Shown here piece by piece: positions 1-8,977 of a DNA stretch of 64,000 bases. The stretch comes from a virus. Every line of letters starts with the position of its first letter. Within the stretch, counting starts at the first letter, position 1. The stretch is from positions 51,429-115,428 of IMG/VR virus record IMGVR_UViG_3300045995_000108. One strand, 5' to 3'. The position numbers were made by a program, and so were the translations under genes. The notes below the pieces were generated by a model, which saw only the letters and a list, made by a program, of their open reading frames with translations, searched no databases and had not been told where the DNA came from.

Positions 1-2
1 AA

Positions 3-104
3 CTTGGCGACATCAAGCGTTACACTGACATCCAGGCACGTAATAACTTGGCTAACCCCAACTTTATTGCAGTGGGCCAGAAGCTGGTTATGCCTGCTAA
101 GTAA
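3..104 (+). CDS. C-terminal end of LysM-domain protein (partial)
   Basis: Manual translation ...YTDIQARNNLANPNFIAVGQKLVMPAK* matches the LysM pattern I...N.l.npn.I.vGQ.L..P. Confidence 0.8.
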   Translation, partial: LGDIKRYTDIQARNNLANPNFIAVGQKLVMPAK

Positions 105-120
105 GCTGGTTTAACGCAGA

Positions 121-144
121 GAAAGGGCTGAAATATGCCCTTTC
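121..144 (+). terminator. Stem-loop/intrinsic terminator after LysM gene
   Basis: GAAAGGGC-tgaaatat-GCCCTTTC perfect 8-bp stem. Confidence 0.65.
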
Positions 145-149
145 GTCAC

Positions 150-215
150 GATTTGACGATTAAATCCACTTAATGTACAATAGTGGCTTAGTAAGTAAAC
201 AAGGCGATAGAGATG
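150..215 (+). repeat. Early promoter/leader module, copy 1
   Basis: TTGACG(153)-17-TACAAT(176); 174-215 identical to 397-438 (42 bp); 150-196 identical to 54272-54318 (47 bp). Confidence 0.9.
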
Positions 216-374
216 AACAAAGCACTGTACTACATTAACCTGCCACTCCTGCCTGCGTTCTTTGCAGTATCGTTTGCGCTGAACATGTATAAACTCACAA
301 AGCAAGCTTTCCGCTGGTCAGTAAGCGAGACAAAAGACACTTATCGTTCCAATCGCCGCCACTACAATGTCTGA
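213..374 (+). CDS. Small early hypothetical protein (53 aa)
   Basis: ATG at end of repeated promoter module; MNKALYYINLPLLPAFFAVSFALN... Confidence 0.6.
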   Translation: MNKALYYINLPLLPAFFAVSFALNMYKLTKQAFRWSVSETKDTYRSNRRHYNV

Positions 375-375
375 T

Positions 376-438
376 TTGACCATTTAATGGTTTTATTGTA
401 CAATAGTGGCTTAGTAAGTAAACAAGGCGATAGAGATG
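376..438 (+). repeat. Early promoter/leader module, copy 2
   Basis: TTGACC-17-TACAAT; 42-bp identity to copy 1 through the ATG. Confidence 0.9.
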
Positions 439-633
439 CAAATTTTTAAAAACACAGTTATCCAGTCCACTTTGCGTTTCGCTAAGGACTTCACTGTTGT
501 CCAGATTCTGGGTTGCGGCTTTGTTGTCATCCATTCTGCCTTTGCGTTGAATGCTGCTAAAGAGACAGGACACAAGGTGCGCACTATCTGTGGCAAGAGC
601 TTTGGTCTCTCCCTGTTCACCCGCGCCGTTTGA
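436..633 (+). CDS. Small early hypothetical protein
   Basis: 65-aa ORF starting at the repeated module ATG. Confidence 0.55.
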   Translation: MQIFKNTVIQSTLRFAKDFTVVQILGCGFVVIHSAFALNAAKETGHKVRTICGKSFGLSLFTRAV

Positions 634-658
634 CACTTTAATAGGTTTAATGTAGAAT
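630..658 (+). promoter_or_regulatory. sigma70-type early promoter
   Basis: TTGACA-17-TAGAAT; ATG 6 nt downstream. Confidence 0.8.
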
Positions 659-664
659 ACTTAC

Positions 665-1576
665 ATGATGCAAAAGCGACTAAAACAATTTGTTCAAGAC
701 AATCCTAAGCTGGTTACCATGCGCGAGTGTGGCGACGGCATTTTTGTCTTGAAGTACAAGAAGACTGTCTTCTTTGACAATCTGTGGAACGAGTATTTGG
801 AAGAATGCCGTGGCACGATTGTGGATGCTGACTTCAATGTCGTGTCCCGTCCCTTCACCAAAATCTACAATTACGGAGTGGAAGCTAAGGCTCCTGTTCT
901 GTCTGACGACACCCCTGTTACTGCTTACCGCAAGGTAAACGGTTTTATGGTAGCAATGACTTGGTACAAGGGTGACATCCTTGTGTCCACTACTGGCTCC
1001 ACTGACAACGACTACACTGCTATGGCAAAAGAGTTGATGTTGAAGCACCAGTGCTGGGAAGATTGGCAATTTGAGTTGCGGGCTGCTGAAGGCGTGACTC
1101 TGATGTTTGAATGCTGCCACAAAAACGATCCGCACATTGTTGTGGAAAACGAAGGTCTGTACTTTTTGGGACTGCGCGAAAACTCGTGGGATTCCAAAGT
1201 AAAGATGTTTGGTCCTGAGATGACTGAGTGGGCACGTGATTACGCTCTGTCGCATTTGAAGTGTGGATATTCCGAAGCTTTCCATGTAACAATGGGTGAG
1301 CTGAAGGAAATGTCTGCTAAAGTGCAACATGAAGGCTTCGTGCTTTATACTAAGGATGGCGTATCTTCCAAGATCAAGTCTCCTTACTACCTAACATCAA
1401 AGTGGGTAGCACGTAACCCTCGCACTGACAAGTTGGTTAACCCTGACTTCAAGAAGCAAATCGACGAGGAATATTACCCACTCGTGGATGCAATCAACGC
1501 CAACATCGTTGAATATACTGCAATGGACGAGCAAGGTCGCCTTGCTTGGGTACGTAAATTTTTGGGAGTAGTGTAA
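665..1576 (+). CDS. RNA ligase (T4 Rnl1-like)
   Basis: Motif I KVNGFM, TLMFE, HEGFVL, KIKSPYY; next to a P-loop kinase. Confidence 0.8.
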   Translation: MMQKRLKQFVQDNPKLVTMRECGDGIFVLKYKKTVFFDNLWNEYLEECRGTIVDADFNVVSRPFTKIYNYGVEAKAPVLSDDTPVTAYRKVNGFMVAMTWYKGDILVSTTGSTDNDYTAMAKELMLKHQCWEDWQFELRAAEGVTLMFECCHKNDPHIVVENEGLYFLGLRENSWDSKVKMFGPEMTEWARDYALSHLKCGYSEAFHVTMGELKEMSAKVQHEGFVLYTKDGVSSKIKSPYYLTSKWVARNPRTDKLVNPDFKKQIDEEYYPLVDAINANIVEYTAMDEQGRLAWVRKFLGVV

Positions 1577-2043
1577 TGCCAACTTTATACATGCTTATTG
1601 GTGTTCCTGGTTCAGGCAAGTCTACCTGGATCAAAGCGCAAAACTTTGATATGTCTAAGACATTGATCGCGTCCACTGACGACCAAATCGAGCGACTTGC
1701 AGCCGCAGCAGGCAAGACTTACAGCGAGGTGATTAATGACCTCATTAAGCCTGCCACTAAGGTTATGAATCAACAGGTCCTTGAAGCCATTCAAGTGGGT
1801 GCAGATGTTGTGTGGGATCAAACCAACATAAGCGTTAAAAGTCGTGCACCCAAGCTGGCAGTGTTTCCAAAAGAATACAAAAAGGTAGCAGTAGTATTTC
1901 CTACGCCAGGCGCAGTTGAACTGGGCCGTCGTCTCGCAAGCCGTGCAGGGAAGAACATTCCCGACTATGTTATGCGCAGCATGATTGCTAACTTGCAACC
2001 TCCTTCCGCAAGGGAAGGCTTTGACAAGATTATAACGGCATGA
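1576..2043 (+). CDS. Polynucleotide kinase-like P-loop kinase (AAA_33)
   Basis: GVPGSGKST, STDD, DQTN...R motifs. Confidence 0.8.
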   Translation: MPTLYMLIGVPGSGKSTWIKAQNFDMSKTLIASTDDQIERLAAAAGKTYSEVINDLIKPATKVMNQQVLEAIQVGADVVWDQTNISVKSRAPKLAVFPKEYKKVAVVFPTPGAVELGRRLASRAGKNIPDYVMRSMIANLQPPSAREGFDKIITA

Positions 2044-2282
2044 CAAACCCGGTTGACATTATTGGGCGTGAACTCAACATAGGCGACTTTGTTGTGTTTA
2101 CGAACAGCGTATATGAAGTAAAGGGATTGGGCAAGGCCAACCCAAGCTATCACGGTTATGGCACTGTGCAAATTATGTTGGCAAACCCGTCCAAGACTAC
2201 ACGACCGCAAAAGAAAAACAGCGGGGATATGTGCCTTATTCCCAAAGAAGAATACTTGATTTACTTACTGAAAAAGAAATAA
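2040..2282 (+). CDS. Hypothetical protein (SH3-like beta barrel)
   Basis: ATGA-coupled ORF; DIIGRELNIGDFVVF pattern. Confidence 0.6.
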   Translation: MTNPVDIIGRELNIGDFVVFTNSVYEVKGLGKANPSYHGYGTVQIMLANPSKTTRPQKKNSGDMCLIPKEEYLIYLLKKK

Positions 2283-2283
2283 C

Positions 2284-2451
2284 ATGACAAAAACAGTTTA
2301 TATTGTATTGGCAATCTTAGTAGTGGTTGCTGGTGTAAAGCTTTCCGACAACAAGGAAAAAGCCAATGAGCAACTGGCGCAATGTATTGCATCCGGCGGC
2401 ACCGCATTGCGCGGTAGTACGTGCGTAAATTTTTCAACTCAACCCAAGTAA
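2284..2451 (+). CDS. Small membrane-anchored hypothetical protein (55 aa)
   Basis: Manual translation, N-terminal hydrophobic helix, fills gap. Confidence 0.55.
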   Translation: MTKTVYIVLAILVVVAGVKLSDNKEKANEQLAQCIASGGTALRGSTCVNFSTQPK

Positions 2452-2456
2452 CAAAT

Positions 2457-2804
2457 ATGGAACAAGTATCAGGATTTATGGTTTTTTGGACGCATCAGCC
2501 ACACGGCGCTGATTGTATGCAACCAAGCGCAAGCCATTTTGAAATGAACGAAATGAGCGCAGCACTTGCGTTCATGGAATCACTGCGCAAGGAAGGCCTC
2601 GCCCAGTTTGTGACGATGGTTTCCCAAAATTCCAACTCAGTTGGTAAGGCTGGTGTCGCTTCCATTGTTGACGGCAAGACTCCTGACGGATTTGCCTATG
2701 AATGGTCTAAGGCTGGTCGCGCAGGCAAGATGAAGCGTTCTGAGCGTACAGTGTCTGCACTGCAAGGCACTGATGCTGTGGAAGTGAAACAGGACGACGA
2801 ATAA
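2457..2804 (+). CDS. Hypothetical protein
   Basis: ORF, ATG at 2457. Confidence 0.65.
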   Translation: MEQVSGFMVFWTHQPHGADCMQPSASHFEMNEMSAALAFMESLRKEGLAQFVTMVSQNSNSVGKAGVASIVDGKTPDGFAYEWSKAGRAGKMKRSERTVSALQGTDAVEVKQDDE

Positions 2805-2923
2805 TGTACGGCAATCCTTACATTGCCATTGCCATTGTAGTGGTACTTTTTGTGCCATGCCTTGTGGTGGCAATGTTGTGGCTTGCAAAAATGACGAATC
2901 ACAATGCATTGGATAAAGAATGA
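2804..2923 (+). CDS. Small membrane peptide (39 aa)
   Basis: TAATG and ATGA coupling at both ends; hydrophobic. Confidence 0.5.
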   Translation: MYGNPYIAIAIVVVLFVPCLVVAMLWLAKMTNHNALDKE

Positions 2924-3141
2924 CTTGCACCCACACAAGAGAACACAGCCGCTGGGTCACAAAAGTAGACGACTGGTACGGACACGATACAAGCGAGTGG
3001 GAATACACGACAGAAAACACCACTGTTGACATTGACTTGCATAGATATAAATGTACGCAATGTAATCAAATAATGTATTACTCTGGTGCGGCAAGAGAAT
3101 ACTACGAAACTGGTGTGGACCGCAAGGGACTATTTAAATGA
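2920..3141 (+). CDS. Hypothetical zinc-ribbon protein
   Basis: CxH...CxxC. Confidence 0.6.
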   Translation: MTCTHTREHSRWVTKVDDWYGHDTSEWEYTTENTTVDIDLHRYKCTQCNQIMYYSGAAREYYETGVDRKGLFK

Positions 3142-3335
3142 TTAATGAGCAAGACCTCGTCTACCGTCTGCGCAAACGTGCAGAGATACGCCGACAGATT
3201 CCCGGGCGGCGAAGTGTGGAAGAAGGCACTCCTGACCGCATTGCGGATATTCTGGAAGAAGCGGCAAACGAAATTGAAAAGTTGCGTAACGACATTGAAC
3301 ATTGTTGGCAAGACGCCGCAGGAGCAAGTTTATGA
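3138..3335 (+). CDS. Hypothetical phage protein
   Basis: LVYRLRKRAEIRRQI...EEAANEIEKLR, coupled ORF. Confidence 0.65.
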   Translation: MINEQDLVYRLRKRAEIRRQIPGRRSVEEGTPDRIADILEEAANEIEKLRNDIEHCWQDAAGASL

Positions 3336-3468
3336 AAGAATCTAAGAATATGCTTTATCGGGGGCATATAGACTTGGCTATGAAGTTGGTTTTACATTGC
3401 GAGCAATCGCAGCGTTTGTCGACTTCATGATGTTTCCGTTTCCTCGGTAATCAACTTTAAGGGATATT

Positions 3469-3777
3469 ATGGCAACCGCAGTACAAATGACAAACCAGAA
3501 GACTGGTATTGTTAAGCAGGGATTTTTTGGATTTAGCTGGACTTACTTATTCTTCGGATGGTTCGTTCCATTGCTCCGTGGCCATTATGCCATGGCTGGC
3601 ATTCACTTTATGATCGCAATTGTGTCAGCGTTTACGTTTGGCATTCCACAGTTGATCCTGGCATTTATGTTTAACAAGTTTTACACATTGCGCCTGCTTG
3701 AAGACGGATACACTTTCAGTGATCCAGACGAAGCACTGGTACAACGTGCAAAGCGTACTTTGGGTCTTGTTCTTTAA
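3469..3777 (+). CDS. Membrane protein (DUF2628/HrgC-like)
   Basis: GFSWTYLFFG...NKFY...LLEDGY. Confidence 0.65.
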   Translation: MATAVQMTNQKTGIVKQGFFGFSWTYLFFGWFVPLLRGHYAMAGIHFMIAIVSAFTFGIPQLILAFMFNKFYTLRLLEDGYTFSDPDEALVQRAKRTLGLVL

Positions 3778-3789
3778 CAGGTAATTATC

Positions 3790-4176
3790 ATGCGCAAACT
3801 ATTGATTGCTCTCCTGGCGTTTTCTGCTATCACTGCAACTGCACAAGTGGTTGATCAACGTGGTACTTACAACTACATTCCAAACGCGGGCGACCGTGTA
3901 CCAGACGGCGCAAGCGGTCCAGGGATTGTTTACACTCAACGCACAACAGGCACGATCATTTCAGTAGGCATGCCCGTGTACAAGAACGTGGTCAATGGAC
4001 AGCAATGTGAAGGGCAACCTGTCCAGTGCACTCCCACGTTTGAACAACGCCTGGTTGGCTATCCGTTTACAGTGCAGTACAACCACTTGCAGATGCTGGG
4101 CTTTATGACTCGTCGTCCACAGATTGGCGAAACCGCGGAAGTCATTATCCGCAGCACGTTCTACGCCGCACAGTGA
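3790..4176 (+). CDS. Secreted hypothetical protein
   Basis: Signal peptide MRKLLIALLAFSAITATA. Confidence 0.65.
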   Translation: MRKLLIALLAFSAITATAQVVDQRGTYNYIPNAGDRVPDGASGPGIVYTQRTTGTIISVGMPVYKNVVNGQQCEGQPVQCTPTFEQRLVGYPFTVQYNHLQMLGFMTRRPQIGETAEVIIRSTFYAAQ

Positions 4177-4177
4177 T

Positions 4178-4206
4178 TTGACAGTGAATGCACTTTAATG
4201 TACAAT
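4178..4206 (+). promoter_or_regulatory. sigma70-type early promoter
   Basis: TTGACA-17-TACAAT. Confidence 0.8.
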
Positions 4207-4211
4207 GTATT

Positions 4212-4442
4212 ATGACAGAGCAAAAAACATTTTACATTAACGATCACCCTTTCCTGAAGTGGACTTGCGAAAGCGTGGAAGTCGTGCTAACCGGACTGCG
4301 CGGTTTCGTGCAGGACGGTCATTGGCACATGGACTACATCGAAGCAGAAAAAGTGGTCAACGTATGTATCGGACGGATGGGCTCGGTTGATTGGGATCAC
4401 CCCATCAACGTGATGAAAGTAAAGACACTGAGGCGCGAATGA
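4212..4442 (+). CDS. Hypothetical protein (probably leaderless)
   Basis: ATG 5 nt after -10 box. Confidence 0.6.
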   Translation: MTEQKTFYINDHPFLKWTCESVEVVLTGLRGFVQDGHWHMDYIEAEKVVNVCIGRMGSVDWDHPINVMKVKTLRRE

Positions 4443-4627
4443 TCCGAAGTTTGACAAGAAAACAGGTTGACGCCGTTCATGCTCTTATGCTAGAGTATGA
4501 TGACGCTAGAGAAGTAACCTTTAGTACCGAAAGCAACAGCGGAATTGGCACTAACATTTACGCAACCATAAAGTATCTTGGCTATCGTGAAGTTACAATT
4601 GACATAACAGACTACGAGAATTGGTAA
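4439..4627 (+). CDS. Hypothetical protein
   Basis: ATGA-coupled; ends TIDITDYENW. Confidence 0.6.
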   Translation: MIRSLTRKQVDAVHALMLEYDDAREVTFSTESNSGIGTNIYATIKYLGYREVTIDITDYENW

Positions 4628-5103
4628 TGCCATTTATTGAGAACATAGCAGCAAGTGATGTGCCTCGTGGGTTACACCGTGACCCAGGGCCAAATTCTAT
4701 GCTGATCCAAATTACAGATCCAGGTGGATGGAAGCCTGATCCAAAGCACGTATTCAAGGAGCGTCACTTTTTTGAGTTCCTTGACGTTGAGAAGGACACT
4801 GAGGTGGACGACGAAGAAATGCGTTGCTCACAGGAACAGGCGTCTCAACTTGCTGCTTTGTTAAAGAAGGCTCTCGCTGAAGACATGAACGTTATTGTGC
4901 ACTGCTATGCCGGCGTAGCACGTTCTGGTGCAGTAGCAGAGGTAGGTGTGATGATGGGGTTCGACGATACCTATACATACCGTGCACCTAACTTGCATGT
5001 CAAGCACAGGATGCTGCATTACTTAGGTATGCAGTATGATCCAGACGAGGTGCTGGACGAGGAATTTTGCTGGAAACATACTAAAATAGGATGGGAACGA
5101 TGA
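4627..5103 (+). CDS. Dual-specificity/tyrosine phosphatase family protein
   Basis: VHCYAGVARS (HCx5R) active-site loop. Confidence 0.8.
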   Translation: MPFIENIAASDVPRGLHRDPGPNSMLIQITDPGGWKPDPKHVFKERHFFEFLDVEKDTEVDDEEMRCSQEQASQLAALLKKALAEDMNVIVHCYAGVARSGAVAEVGVMMGFDDTYTYRAPNLHVKHRMLHYLGMQYDPDEVLDEEFCWKHTKIGWER

Positions 5104-5261
5104 AACTTAAACGAGATACCAAAGACGCATTGAAGCTGGGTGGCATAGTAATTGCCGTGGTTGCATTTTTTGCAATTGGCATTTACTACGAGATGGCCGT
5201 GTGGCAGGAATGCCGCCAAACCAACTCTTGGTTTTATTGCATGAGGGTACTAAGCAAATGA
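5100..5261 (+). CDS. Small membrane protein (53 aa)
   Basis: Manual translation, coupled at both ends. Confidence 0.5.
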   Translation: MKLKRDTKDALKLGGIVIAVVAFFAIGIYYEMAVWQECRQTNSWFYCMRVLSK

Positions 5262-5854
5262 AGCGCAAATTTAAAAATCTAATCCTTACTGACGCGGATG
5301 GCGTGCTACTAGATTGGGAGTGGGCCTTCTCAGTATGGATGCAGGAAAAAGGTTATAAGCTGGCAGAGGGCCATAAAAAAACATACGCACTGCATCACTG
5401 GTTTACTGACCTTGAATTACCTGACGCACGGAAGCTGATTATCCAATTCAATGAATCCGCAGCGATTGGCTTTTTGCCTGCGTTCCGTGACAGTATGTTC
5501 TACGTTAAGCGGTTGTATGAGGAACACGGATTTAGATTCCACGTAATCACAAGCCTTAGCCTGGATGCCAATGCGGGCAGATTGCGTGAGATGAATCTAC
5601 ATAAACTGTTTGGTGACGCGATTGAAACTGTTACATGCCTTGACACCGGTGCTGACAAAGATGAAGCACTAGAACCCTTCAAGGGGAGTGGGTTGTATTG
5701 GATTGAAGATAAGCCAAGCAATGCTGACCTGGGTCTTGAACTTGGGCTAAAGAGTTTGCTTGTTGAACACGGGCACAACATGGGACACGACAATCCTCAC
5801 TTGCCAGTTGTCAAAAGCTGGAAAGAAATTTACGACATAATTACCAAGAAGTAA
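5258..5854 (+). CDS. HAD-superfamily hydrolase (T4 gp30.2-like)
   Basis: DADGVLLDW motif I, ITS, IEDK. Confidence 0.8.
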   Translation: MKRKFKNLILTDADGVLLDWEWAFSVWMQEKGYKLAEGHKKTYALHHWFTDLELPDARKLIIQFNESAAIGFLPAFRDSMFYVKRLYEEHGFRFHVITSLSLDANAGRLREMNLHKLFGDAIETVTCLDTGADKDEALEPFKGSGLYWIEDKPSNADLGLELGLKSLLVEHGHNMGHDNPHLPVVKSWKEIYDIITKK

Positions 5855-5866
5855 TTTATTGAACTC

Positions 5867-5897
5867 ATGACAAAGCGGGCTCGGGCCCGCTTTTCAT
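5867..5897. terminator. Bidirectional intrinsic terminator
   Basis: AAAGCGGGC-tcgg-GCCCGCTTT between convergent genes. Confidence 0.85.
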
Positions 5898-5922
5898 TGT
5901 GTTATTGCAATGTAATCAAATA

Positions 5923-6711
5923 TTAATTCTCCCCGTAAAGTCTTAATACTTCACGCATTGCGACACTACGTTGTGCGTCTTTTGCAGCAAACTTCGTGTA
6001 GCCGAAGATGTCTGAACCATCCGCTACGATCTTGTCAATGAAATCCAACAGTCCATTGTCGCGGGCAAACTGATTATCCGTTTGGTTCAGGTCACCTGTT
6101 ACAACCATCTTCGAGTTCTCACCGAGGCGTGTTAAAATCATCTTCATCTGATTAATGGAAGAATTTTGGGCTTCATCAAAGATGATCCAAGCATTCTTAA
6201 AGGTACGTCCTCTCATAAAAGCTAGGGGAGCGAGCTCAATTTGTTGTTCTTCTAGCATTTTAGTGACCTCGATTGGTCTGTAGTATTCCAAGACATAATC
6301 CATAATTGGCTTAGTCCATGGCTCCATTTTCGCATTCAAGTCTCCTGGTAGGAAACCATGCTTCTCATCGTCTACGCCGACGGCTGGTCGTGTAATGATG
6401 ATCTTCTTGCAAGTGCCGTCTCTGAATGCTTGTAGAGCTGCGAGCACTGCAATCATAGTCTTACCTGTACCTGCTGGGCCTGTGGCAAAGACTACGTGTT
6501 TGTCTGGGTTTTGTAAATCGTCAATGTAATCCTCTTGTGCGCGAGATTTAGGAGTAAGGTTAATCGGGCGTTGGCGTTGAGGTCTATAGTTATCAATATC
6601 TATCGTATTATTCGCGTTTGTTTGTGTTGCGTTGTGGCGGTTGTATGTGTTGCTACGGGATTGAGTTTGGAACTCAGGTTGGGCTAGAGCCCTATTCTTA
6701 CGCTTGGACAA
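5923..6711 (-). CDS. phoH: PhoH family ATPase
   Basis: GPAGTGKT, GFLPGDL, LAFMRGRTF, DEAQN, TGDLNQ; likely TTG start at 6711 after AAGGAG. Confidence 0.9.
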   Translation of the reverse strand: MSKRKNRALAQPEFQTQSRSNTYNRHNATQTNANNTIDIDNYRPQRQRPINLTPKSRAQEDYIDDLQNPDKHVVFATGPAGTGKTMIAVLAALQAFRDGTCKKIIITRPAVGVDDEKHGFLPGDLNAKMEPWTKPIMDYVLEYYRPIEVTKMLEEQQIELAPLAFMRGRTFKNAWIIFDEAQNSSINQMKMILTRLGENSKMVVTGDLNQTDNQFARDNGLLDFIDKIVADGSDIFGYTKFAAKDAQRSVAMREVLRLYGEN

Positions 6712-6862
6712 ATGTAACTCCTTAGTTGTTATAACTTTGTGCATTTCGATTACAAGCTCAGTTTGTTTGCTTGTACTATTATTTAAAGATAGGGTTAACA
6801 TAGTTTAAACATAGTACATAACTTTGTCGTCGCAGCATAAGTATTAAGCTAAGTGCGACGTG

Positions 6863-7393
6863 TTAGCGTTTCCATTCAGCGTAGATTCTATTGTTTGTGT
6901 CCCATACACATTCTACTAACTTAAACCCAAACTTGTCAGATAATCGCACATGCTCTTCCACAGTCCAAGGATAGAAGTTGATGTCTTGACATTCAACGTT
7001 TAGGTGATCCTTGCTACCTGGGTTGCAGCGCCAATAGATTCTAGCTTTGTCGGTTAACAGTGATACTACTTTAGTAGTTTGTCTTTCAACATCCTCTACT
7101 GTGCCAAAATTGATAGAGCCTAAGCAAAATGCAACATCAAACTTCTTGTTCGTTTGGAGGTCGTCGATTCCTACTTTCATATCAGCTTGGTCAAATGCAG
7201 GGTCAATGCCAAATAGATTTGGTATCAAACCTTTGAACGGATTTGCTCCGCAGCCAACGTCAATTACGGACTCACCGTAGTTAACTTTTTTAACCAGCGC
7301 GAGGCCAGATTTTTCGTATTGCGCTAGTGAGCCGTTTTTACGGTACCAGATGGTACCAAAGTAATGGTTGAGATATTCTTGATTTACAGTCAT
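6863..7393 (-). CDS. Class I SAM-dependent methyltransferase-like
   Basis: VIDVGCG, GID, FDVAFCLGSINF. Confidence 0.7.
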   Translation of the reverse strand: MTVNQEYLNHYFGTIWYRKNGSLAQYEKSGLALVKKVNYGESVIDVGCGANPFKGLIPNLFGIDPAFDQADMKVGIDDLQTNKKFDVAFCLGSINFGTVEDVERQTTKVVSLLTDKARIYWRCNPGSKDHLNVECQDINFYPWTVEEHVRLSDKFGFKLVECVWDTNNRIYAEWKR

Positions 7394-7432
7394 GATTTAG
7401 TGTATAATGTAATTAACTATGTATTTATTTCT

Positions 7433-8890
7433 ATGGACATCTACTTAAACTATCTTCCCTACGTGCTTGCTGGTACGTTGTACGGATTCATATTCGGGCT
7501 CATTCCTGTAGCAGGTGCACTAACTGGGCTAATCACCATTTACGGATTCATTGACGTATTTCATAACTCACCCTACGGATTGGTTGTGTTTACCACCGCC
7601 CTAGTTGTCAGTTGTAGCATAGGTGACTTATTCTCGTCTATCGTTATGAACATTCCCGGTGCTGCGGGCAGTGCAGCAACAATGGTAGATGGGTTTCCAA
7701 TGTCTAAGAAAGGACAAGCGGCAAGGGCACTTAGCGCAGGTATCTTCTCTAGCGTGGGGCAAGGTGCAATCTGGGGCATACTCGTTTTTGCTTTCCTTCC
7801 GTACTATGCGCCTGTGGTGTTAAGTTTTGGTATACCAGAAATGCTGTGCTTCCTAATACTTGCAATGACTTGCGTTACCTTTATCAACAGTCATTATTGG
7901 GTGCGTGGACTTATTGCATTGGCCGCAGGCATCTTTGTTGGGCTAATTGGTATGGACCCAAACACAGGTGCAGCACGATTTACGGGTGGCTGGTACTACT
8001 TACAAGATGGTGTTCAGATTGTCCCTATTTTGGCAGGCTTCCTGGCTATACCAGAATTGCTAGAAGCACTGTACTTTCAAGTCAAACACATCCCACCACC
8101 AAAGGATACATGGGAACAGATTAAGCAAGGTATGCGTGATGCGTGGCGTTACAGAAATGACAGTGCAAGGGCAGGATTGATTGGTGGTGTGATTGGTTTA
8201 CTGCCTGGCATTGGTGGTAGCATTGTGGATTGGCTAGCGTATGGGCAAACATGTGCACTAGCGAAGAACGACAAGATTCCGTTTGGCGAAGGTAATGTGC
8301 GTGGTGTAGTGGGAGCAGAGGGTGCGGGTATGGCACAGAAGGCAACTGCTTATGTCCCCACAGTTTTGTTTGGTGTCCCAGCAGCGCCGTTTGAAGTTAT
8401 CATCATGTCACTGTTCATGATGGTAGGGTTGGAAATGGGATCAGTGCAGTTACTCACTGATAGGACGTTCTTTAATGCGCTAAGTTATGGTTACATGGTA
8501 AGCCTTGTACTTACATTCTTCATATCTATCGTGTTCATTAAGTATGCGTCAGGCATAACAAAAGTGCCCATGAAGTATTATTTCATCCCTATCCTGGGCG
8601 TAATTGTGTGGTCGTCCGTGCAGTACACAGGTGGGTGGGAAGACTATGTCATCCTTGCAATTTGCTCTGCCCTGGGTATGTTATTCAAGCACTTTAAATT
8701 TAGCCGTGCATGTCTTATCGTGGGTGTTGTATTGGCAGGTAGATTGGAAAAGACATCAATTCAGTTTAATACACTGTACACCTGGCAAGAAGTTATTACT
8801 CGTCCTATTGCAATGGGCTTGCTTGCATTTACTTTGGTTGCCATAGTCTATGGGATATTTTTCAGTAAGTCTAAGATAAGCTACACATAA
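7433..8890 (+). CDS. tctA: Tripartite tricarboxylate transporter large permease TctA family
   Basis: Many TM helices; NIPG...AATMVDGFPM.KKG.A.RAL; GLLPGIGG; FGEGNVRGVV. Confidence 0.85.
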   Translation: MDIYLNYLPYVLAGTLYGFIFGLIPVAGALTGLITIYGFIDVFHNSPYGLVVFTTALVVSCSIGDLFSSIVMNIPGAAGSAATMVDGFPMSKKGQAARALSAGIFSSVGQGAIWGILVFAFLPYYAPVVLSFGIPEMLCFLILAMTCVTFINSHYWVRGLIALAAGIFVGLIGMDPNTGAARFTGGWYYLQDGVQIVPILAGFLAIPELLEALYFQVKHIPPPKDTWEQIKQGMRDAWRYRNDSARAGLIGGVIGLLPGIGGSIVDWLAYGQTCALAKNDKIPFGEGNVRGVVGAEGAGMAQKATAYVPTVLFGVPAAPFEVIIMSLFMMVGLEMGSVQLLTDRTFFNALSYGYMVSLVLTFFISIVFIKYASGITKVPMKYYFIPILGVIVWSSVQYTGGWEDYVILAICSALGMLFKHFKFSRACLIVGVVLAGRLEKTSIQFNTLYTWQEVITRPIAMGLLAFTLVAIVYGIFFSKSKISYT

Positions 8891-8977
8891 ATACTTGGCT
8901 TGCACAGTAAGTACACTCAACACCAAGGTTGCGAGAGTACAGTTATTAACCAAGCTGACACTTCAAAAGGAAAAATC

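Noticed and set aside
150-438. Direct repeats as a possible CRISPR array
   Set aside because: Only two local copies, about 180 nt apart with an ORF between; the repeats are promoter/leader modules; no cas genes.
6712-6801. N-terminal extension of PhoH from the ORF track
   Set aside because: An AAGGAG SD precedes TTG at 6711; the upstream segment contains a TAAATA promoter-like box.
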